Source: Cycas panzhihuaensis
Lineage: Eukaryota; Plantae; Cycadophyta
Reading direction: 5' to 3'
Assembly (NCBI GenBank): GCA_023213395.1
Contig: CM041465.1
Coordinates: 73,353,741-73,417,740 of the forward strand
DNA: 64,000 nt
Shown: positions 55,607 to 64,000 of the stretch, in pieces
How positions within the stretch are numbered: the first letter of the stretch is position 1
Layout of the letters: every line of letters begins with the position of its first letter
Notes under the pieces: generated by a model
The model's database searches: none
What the model was told of the DNA's origin: nothing
Seen by the model: the letters and a program-made list of their open reading frames with translations, nothing else
Position numbers and translations under genes: made by a program

Positions 55607-56398
55607 AAATGATACTTCGCCCTTGAAGAATTGAGAATTACTTGTAGTTTGTTCTAATCTTTCAACCACCACCAACTAGATTCAGTATGCCATAAAGATC
55701 TAGCTTGATCTTGCGTCTTATATGGAACTTTATTGGCAGATGTCTTGATTTATTGATGTTTATTCTTTGGCCTAGGTATATGTTGTATTTTGATTTGTAT
55801 CAGGAGGATCCTGGGACCTATGGGATACCCTATATGCCTTGTGTTGATCTTGTTCCGATTTTGCACATTCTGTCCTTAAGTGGAATGGATTACGGCAGAA
55901 AATTAAGGTAAAATTGTGGTGAATCTAGGAAAAAAATTGATCACAGGGATCCTAAAATGATAATTGCTTATCGTGAAAAAGAAAAGAAGAGGTGGGATTA
56001 TGAACTGAGGTCTAGCATAGCACTGAAGGTGTAGGAAGAACAAATAAGTTTTGGAATCTACCTTGGATGGAGATGAGAATTTATGTGGGTTTTGTTGGAG
56101 CACAACACTTCAAAAAGAAAGATAGATAAGGGATTAGTAATGAACATTCTTTTTGAAAAAAAGGCTTTAATAAGGTTTTAAGAATGGTATTAAGAGAAAA
56201 TGAAAGATTTAATGGAAAAGAATAGTACTGATAATATGGAATTGAAGGGTTTTGGGATGGACTAGATGGGGTTTTGTAGGGGATAATAATTGCACTACGC
56301 GATAAAACTTGACGAAGTGAGGATGCATGGTTTACAATAACTTGATAAGAAAAATTTCTGTGGAGAGAAAGGGTTTGAAAATATAACATTAAACTAGG

Positions 56399-57856
56399 TG
56401 TTAGCAATAATTAACTTAACTATACACTTAATGCTTCATTAGGGAATAGTTATCACAAGTAGGTGTAACAGAGGGACGTGTCTCTATATGAACAGGTACA
56501 ATGAAGAATCGTATCTATACACAAAGGGTTATGACACCATTTCAGGGTGTATTTGATAAGCCTCTACTATAAAATGTTTGTTAACCTCACTTTCATGACA
56601 TCTCCTAATCCTGCAAAGGTTGAGCTCCAAGAAGAAGATAAAGTAAAAGGTAATAAAAAACACCAGTTACTCATTGGGGAGATGTCAACCTCCTCCAAGT
56701 CATCGTTGGCTATAATTGAAGATGTATCAGAAAGGCTAATTGAAACTCAAACTACTAGTTGAGTTCAAATAATGAAAGCCATCCACTCCCATGTTCATGA
56801 TTCATTATGACAAATGAATCCTTCTTGGAGAATAGTTATGGAGGAGGACAAATATTCTTTACATGAAAATATTCCTTCTATTTGAACTGACCCTGAGACA
56901 ATGATTGCACCCATTGTTTAGAAGCCAATAAATAGATCACATATAGTAGCTACACTTGGTGGAGAGTTACATCAAAATAATATTCAATCTGCATTTCTCA
57001 ACCTAGACTTGAGAAGATTATATCAGGTACAAACCTCTGAGGTTGTTAAGGAAGGACAAGATAAACTATTGTGCCAATTGAATTGTGCTAAAGTTACATA
57101 CCTTATGTTCAATTTGGACTCGTCTTTAGCTAATGAAACATTATGACCTGTGAATGAAACTCTTAGTTTGGGGGAAGAGTACCTACAAGATCAAGTATTG
57201 ACATTGGAAGCGAGATACCAATCAATTGTTCAAGAGGTGTTTGATGAAAGCAAACTTCAAGTAGAATCTTCTTCGACCACTAACTGACTTGTAAAGCGAT
57301 TCACAGAGCTGTTGGATAACCGTCATCAGTCAACACTCAACAAGAGCATTCTTGAGGGGGGATCGATCTACAAGGATAGATCTTCTGACGAATGGAGTAA
57401 CTAATTTTGCTTCATCCCCTATTCGCATTAAAGGGGGAAGTTAACAATAATTAACTTAGGTTAACTATATACTTAATGCTCATTAGGGGATAATTATCAT
57501 GAGCAAGTGTGATAGAGGGATGTGTCTCTATACAAGTAGGTACGATGAAGAGTTGTGTCCATACGCAAAGGGTTGCAACACTATTTTAGGGTGTATTTAT
57601 ACGTACCCCTTTGGTATTCCAACCAATCAACTTGGATCAATGTAATCTCATCATATCTACTTGTATTCCATCTCACCATTGAACACTGTGTTGTTTTAAT
57701 ATAATAAACATTGTGTTAGCGGATTTTCTCTCTCGGAGTTTCCCATGATAAATCTATTGTTCGAGTCTTCCCTATGCATGTTCCTGGTGTGTAACAGTCC
57801 CTGCCTCTAATTGGTTTAACATTAACCTACAACCTATATATACACAAATCTTAACA
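56399..57856 (+). mobile_element. Internally deleted LTR element (partial 5' LTR, 3' ORF remnant, PPT, full 3' LTR)
   Basis: 56399-56553 repeats 57439-57598, PPT aaaggggga at 57430-57438, perfect TSD ctagg/ctagg. Confidence 0.88.
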
Positions 57857-59795
57857 CTAGGGTTGTAAAAAGAGATTGGGATTTATCTTATGATGAAATG
57901 AGATCTAAGGGGATTTGTATTTTGGCTAACTATGGGATAGTGAGAAGAGGGTTTTTCTATTGCTATTAAATTTGGAAATGAGAAAGGACAGATAAAACTA
58001 CCAAAAGAGATATGCATGTGCAGCATAGGATCAATGAGTACCTTGTTGGATTCACATGAGGTTTGTTGAGGTTCTTCTTCAGACTCCTTTGCTTACACCA
58101 CTAGTTCTCTCACTTGCTCTTTGACAGTTTCATGTTGCTCCTGCGTAGCTTCTCCTTTGATCTCCACTTCTATTAGATGATCAGACGTCATATGCACTTA
58201 TTTTGAGTCTTCAGTGCAATCGAGTTGATTTCCCTAAGTTGATGCTTGCTCGTGTTCTTGCAGGGTCTTTGAGCTCTCCTCCTTAATAGTTTATTCTTTT
58301 CCTTCTACTTTTCTTTTATTTCGGCCAACGTGTTTAATAGCTTTGATGCTTTGATATTTTCACAAAAAGCTTCAATACATGCAAATCAAAACCAAAACCA
58401 CTGGGAGAGTAGGAATACTTCTTTACTCCAATTAATGAACCAATCATGAGCTCTTCTGTTCAAGAACATTTTTAGGTTTTTCTGTAATCTTCAATTTTTG
58501 TATTGTTCATTAATTCATGGTTGATCTCAATGGTTTCTAAACATTTTATCAAAGCATATTCCTTTAGATTAAAAAAATATGTCTCTATTTTTCTTACTCA
58601 ATAAAGGTTGAACTTCGATGATTAAAATCTATATTCTCTACTAGTCAAAGCCACCACATATGACTTCTTGTTACAAACATCTAAACCAGGAACCCAATGG
58701 TTCAAACAACACTGCAATTTGACACTTATAGTAGGAGTTATGGACGAAAATGTCCAAGTACCCTATTTGAAAAATATAATTTTAAAAAATGAAAGACAAA
58801 AAGTGTTTTAAGGCCCTCTTGAACTTAACCCTCAGTTATATTAAGTCACCAACATAACCACCTGCTAAGGGAGTTATGCCATGGATTTGAAACAAGATTC
58901 TAATTTAGTTTAATATAGAGAAACTTTATTTTTTTTAAAAATTAAGTCAAGTCAAATATTTTCAATATACATGACCTTTAACTGAAGATAAGCGGGTGAC
59001 TGTCATTTGTATTTTTCATCAAAATCTCAATTGTGTTTCAATATTTTTCGTAGAAACTTGTGATCAATGTCTATTATGTCTACATTGAACTAATGTCTAA
59101 GCTCGGGTGACTATGGTGGTGGTGACTTTTTTCTCTCCATCTTCATGTGAGCACATATTCGCTCTGGATTCTTGTAAACTGAAAGTTTGTAGTTTGATCC
59201 TGCCCCTGTATTCTTGCCTACTCACTCAACTTCTTCCCCAACCACATAGCATATGCTCTCAAAGGATCTCTTATGCAACACTCATCTTCTTCTCCGACCA
59301 CGCAGTAATTGCATTTGTCTCTATGATGGAACTGCACTTTCTCATCCATATTTCGTCGTTTCTGTTCTTTGTGCTTCTCGATCATTCTTTTGGTGATAAT
59401 TCGATTCTTCTTCATTGCCTATTGACTCTCTACGGGATGTCTTTGATTGAGATAAGTGATAACTTCCCTTCGTAATAACAAACCTGACTAATCAATTTGT
59501 AACTCCCGTAATCTCTTTTGTCTATGACTCGAATGTCTATTACGAATTGCGTGATGATTTTCCTGGCAATGTTCTTTGCCCACTTGATTTGCAACTTTGT
59601 TACTAACTATGAAGAAATTCATTGCAGTGTTCTTTGCTACGGTTGCCTTGAATTCAAGGGTTGCCCAATGTGTAGATGATTGATGCTCGTAATCTCCAAT
59701 TTGCTCATGCAATGTGATCTTTGTTGTTCTAACCTACTAATCCTTGATTTGGTAGTAGTTTCCCTTGATTTACTACAAAAATCCCAGTCGTACCC

Positions 59796-61990
59796 TGTTG
59801 GAAATAATGTACATTCTCGTTACATGTTCATTTAAGTTCATTTCATTTCATGTAATTAGAATATTTCCTCATATGGAATATTCTAAGTGAGAATATTCTT
59901 AGTCAAAGTCATTAATGTGTTGATTAGTAGGAGTCAAAGATGGTTAAACTATTAAATGTGATAGTTGATAGCCTACTATATTTTGAGGGAGTAGTTAATT
60001 AACCATTACAATATGGTTAAAACTAATTCCTATCTATAGTACATATGTAATCTATATATTATGTACTCTATTATGTTTTCTAATGAGACAGAGATTGTTG
60101 GAGAATTGTGATACGTTAGTGTATTGTCATCTCTTGCAAATATTCTTGCACGTGCTTCATGCTATGTGTCCTACTCCTATTCAGTCTCTTCCAACATGGT
60201 ATCAGAGCAAATAAGTTGTGGACAACAATGTGATACCCTATGTTTGTGAGATTCTGTGTATGCACAGGTTTCTAATAGCTATGTGTTGGAATCTAGTAGT
60301 AATTTTGTCCATGTATGTGCTACGTCTTGTTTAAAGAAGAGTCTTCCCTCTCCTTTTTTCAACTATATTTGCCAAACTCAGTGTATATACTAACTAAAAT
60401 TCAGAAAGAATTGTGTGATATATTCAAGTGTTTGTTAAAGAGTAATTCTTGAGCTACTAGACACTACAACTATTGTACAGGTGCTGCAAATCTTTGTTGT
60501 CCATTGTCACAATTCTGGAAAAGATATTACTGCATGCATTCAAAAGAGGATGAGGAGAAGAGGGCGTAGCTGTAGAGGAGTCACCTCTTGCCACAAGTTG
60601 GGTTGCCACACCTATTGGGCTAACATGTTGGTAGTATGACTTGCTAGACTCTGTCTTCATTGAGACGTAAATTACCCACTATCTCTTGGAGTGCGTCTGT
60701 TACAAAGCTATTGGATGGAAGCCACTCCTATCTATTCTCGTGTGGAGAAAACTACCATTGAGCACAAATGAAAGCCATCAGTTCAGATGCCTGACCACCC
60801 TACCCTGTCGCTCGTAGCCCTCCATTGACTTACGCCAGAGCCGCCATATGCTCCATCGTTTGCCCTTGTGAGACCCTTAGGACACAACTGCCATCACCTT
60901 GCTAACAGACGCCATCACAGAAAGCATTTCGTCCTCTGCTCCAGCTGCTCACCACTACAAACACCATCGTTGACACGCCAATTGCCATTACAAAGTACAA
61001 TCGTCGCTGCTTGATGTGGAACCACCATTCAAAATATTTTCTGTCATTATGAATTATCACCAAACGTAATCTCGTCGCCGGAAATAAAATAGTGGCCGCC
61101 AATACAATATAAAAAATTTCGATCGATACATCATATATTTAGACTAATGTTTATAACATTAGGTTATAAACATTAACATATTCCTTCAAATATTCATTTT
61201 AATATTTATCTCTTTCTATAGTTTTGTCACATCATTATTTTGAGGAGTTATTTCATATTTAAGAGCATATTCTTTTGTTACATGTGAAGAGAATTTTTTC
61301 TTTTAGAAGAAATATTATATTTATCAATTAAATTGTACACCTAAAGAGGACATTAAACATGATATGTTGTCTTCTTTTAAGTGTATTCTATTCTTTGGCT
61401 TTAGTTGAGAAGTACATGTTTTGCGACATAAAGGTACTTCAAGAGGATTTTAATATATTTTATCCTCTTTTTTAAGTATATTTTTGGCGACAACAGTTTT
61501 TTTTTTGTGACATGTAAAGTACTTTAAGAGGATTCTCTCATGTACTATGTCCTCTTTTAAAAGTACATTCCTGGCAACACAAAGGGCACTTCAAGAGGAT
61601 TATTTTTATAAGTTATCCTCTTTTAAAGAGCACTTTCTAGCATCATCAAAAGGAATATTTTAAAAGTATTTTTTCCTAAGCATTTTATCCTCTTTAGAAA
61701 TATTTTTTTTAATAAATTGAGCATGATACCTTAAGGAGTTCTTCTTTTAAAAGGTATTTTAATGACTTCATTTAAGAGTACTTCCAGGGCAATTTTCTCA
61801 TGTACTTTATCCTCATTAGAGTATATCTTTTAATTCTATTTTAAGAGGAGTTCTCAATGTACTTTAAGAGTATTTTAAAGGGGAGTTTTTTGATGTACTT
61901 TGTCCTCTTTTGAGAGCACTTTACGAAGACTTTGTATTGTACTTCATCATCTTTTAGTGATGCATTTAAAATGTTTTTTTTTTTTTTTTT
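59796..61990 (+). mobile_element. 5' LTR, PBS and non-coding leader of an LTR element (Copia-like)
   Basis: LTR 59796-60196 (tgttggaa...ttccaaca), PBS tggtatcagagc at 60197-60208. Confidence 0.8.
61340..61960. repeat. Degenerate tandem repeats (aagagga...tatcctctttt) in the leader
   Basis: Recurrent aagaggat / ttatcctctttt / gtacttt units. Confidence 0.65.
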
Positions 61991-62584
61991 TGACCTTGTT
62001 ATTGAAGGTTTGAATCAAGGAGATAGAGCGGAGCAGTACATTAAGTAATCGATCCATTGTAACATAAATACAATAATCTTTGTATTCAATCTATCTTGTG
62101 AGAGTATAATAGATTTCCAAATATTAGTGGTATTAAAAGACACCAGGATTAGTCACCTCATAAAATATATAGTTTGATGGAGGAGGGAAACCTCCTCAAC
62201 CTCTAAAATTCAAACAACATTAAAATAATATTTAACTCAAGTTAACATTAACCTTACCTGACTTACCTTAATATGTGTGTGCTCACGTGCAAAAAGTGGA
62301 AGTGGGGTGATGAGCATTAACTCCAACATTCTCTCCCTTAATGGTCATCATGATTATCTTCACTTTTTTTTGAATTTGTGGTACATGTATTTGAGGAAAA
62401 CTTTGAGAGAGTGATTGAATATATGTCCTTTAGTTTTGTCTTTATCTTTCTTAATATGATCATTAACCTGCATCATTGTCCTTACAAAGTAGTTTCTTTC
62501 AACATAGTAGGGTTCAAGTGATCTCTAAGTAGTTGTGGCTTACTTCGAATGGAGAAGAGTGGCTTCATCTTTTACTTTATCTTC

Positions 62585-63055
62585 TTAATTCTTTGTTTTA
62601 TGAGAGTCAATCAAATCATATATAAATACAACATCATCAAGTGCAACAACGTGATCATCAATTTTATTTAAGTCATCAACATTAGCCTTTTCAATATAAA
62701 ACACTTGCTCTATTATCTGTCTCATATGTATAACATCATCAACATAGTTAAATTCATTCAAATCTAGGGTTTCTCCCCCATAAATTGATTCTAAAGTATC
62801 CCAAATAGATTTGAATGTAGTTAACTCACTAACATTAATGAATACATCATCATTTATTGTGCTAAAGATTAATGCTATGACTTCATTATCCTTTCTTAAG
62901 TTTCCTTTAAAATTTTGTTTATATTTTAGGTAACCATATTCAACAAGTTTCCAAAGGTTATTTTCACTAAGATGTGTTTTTAACAAGTCTTTTTAAACGT
63001 GAAAATTAGTCCCATCAAATGTGGGAATTAACACATCATCTGGATAAGTTGTCAT
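62585..63055 (-). pseudogene. Copia gag N-terminal region with acidic tail
   Basis: IPTFDGTNFHV*KDLLKTHL..LWKLVEYGY..DNEVIALIFSTINDDVF..KSIWDTLESIYGG. Confidence 0.85.
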
Positions 63056-63305
63056 TTATAAAACTTTTAGTTCATGAACTCAAATAAATAGATGAAGGCC
63101 TTTAATGAATGAATAACATAAAGTAGGTAATAAATGCTTTTCAACAAATTCCAACATAAATCCCTTAATCAATGTAGGTAAGTAATGAGATAAAATGCAT
63201 ATCCTTTTAAGATAAATGCTTTTCTTTAGGATGAAACTAAATCAATCAATTATTTTATGTAAACCTTAAAAGTAAAGGGATAAAGTGAACTATAGATAAT
63301 TTGAA

Positions 63306-63333
<28 letters not shown>
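63306..63333. repeat. (AT)n microsatellite
   Basis: Visible directly in the sequence. Confidence 0.9.
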
Positions 63334-63336
<3 letters not shown>

Positions 63337-63648
63337 TTTTAAATCAATGCCTTGGTAAATCAATGACTAAAAATAAGATGAAAAAAATATTTCCTTTTAA
63401 CAATGAAATAAAATACATGTAAATATATAATCAAATATCCTTTTGAGTTGAGAATGATAAATACTCCTTGAAGTGCTTTGAAAACCTTTTAAAGTTGAAA
63501 TGGAGCAAAAATGATTCTTGAATTTTAATTCCTTATTAAGAATAAATAACTATTAAATGAGCTCTTTTAAATTAAAGAAGAATACAAATATACTTATAAA
63601 ATAATCTTAAAATGTGCTCCTTCAATGAATGCTTGACAAGGGCAAAAT

Positions 63649-64000
63649 TGTTAGATATAATGTTTTATCTAACATATCTAGAGACTCACTTTGTATGTAA
63701 CATAAGATACTCACCATGTAGACACGTGTTAGTTAGACATGTGGCGGTTACATTTAGTTTCAAATGAGTTACAACTTCGACTTGTATAAATCTCCATTAT
63801 GATCATCAATAATCTATGAAGCATTCAGTTTCTCTTCACTTGTGTCTTAGAATTCTAACATGGTATCAGAGCAGGTCATCTTGTCTGATTGAGAGACGGT
63901 TGTGCCAGCGATTCAAGTCGTGTCCAAGTGGGATAGAGGTAGTGCAACTGTGTGGAAGACTGAAGAAGTCTAGAAGGCAGGAAGGAGGCATCTGAAGCCC
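63649..64000 (+). mobile_element. 5' LTR and PBS of an LTR element continuing off the right edge
   Basis: LTR 63649-63860 (tgttaga...tctaaca), PBS tggtatcagagc at 63861-63872. Confidence 0.85.

Larger units (their letters stand above)
62000..63640 (-). mobile_element. 3' LTR, PPT and gag-only body of a pol-less Copia derivative
   Basis: LTR 62000-62328 (tattgaag...ctccaaca), PPT ttctctccctta from 62329. The gag ORF ends ~240 bp from the PPT. Confidence 0.7.

Noticed and set aside
59107-59712. ORFs with a faint likeness to Copia gag (MW..IKLQTF)
   Set aside because: Similarity too weak to call and no element boundaries found.

Overview
AT-rich, CpG-depleted plant nuclear DNA of the large-genome, gymnosperm-like type (organism inferred, not established). 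It is made almost entirely of nested, decayed LTR retrotransposons, and I found no intact host gene. Many element boundaries could be resolved from LTR pairs, primer-binding sites (PBS), polypurine tracts (PPT) and target-site duplications (TSD). Resolved elements include a chromovirus (6753-17052), a tRNA-Glu-primed Gypsy with an extra 3' ORF (24754-32913), a full Copia (35951-49363) with a young deleted Copia in the last bases of its 3' LTR (43743-49354), and an RT-less CRM-like Gypsy (50398-55050). The most notable system is a family of pol-less, Gypsy-derived elements with ~240-bp LTRs, present three times (2292-6580, 8221-12790, 18731-20737). They share a gag-derived 3' ORF module but carry different cargo. 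One holds an intron-free copy of the tandem BRCT domains of an At4g02110-like gene, fused in frame to the shared ORF. Another holds the 3' quarter of plastid rbcL, ending at its stop codon. Also unusual are two extra capsid-like repeats inside a Gypsy pol, a 26-bp LTR-end filler at a PR-IN deletion junction, and insertions clustering at LTR/PBS junctions. All alignments and counts were done by eye; no database searches were run.
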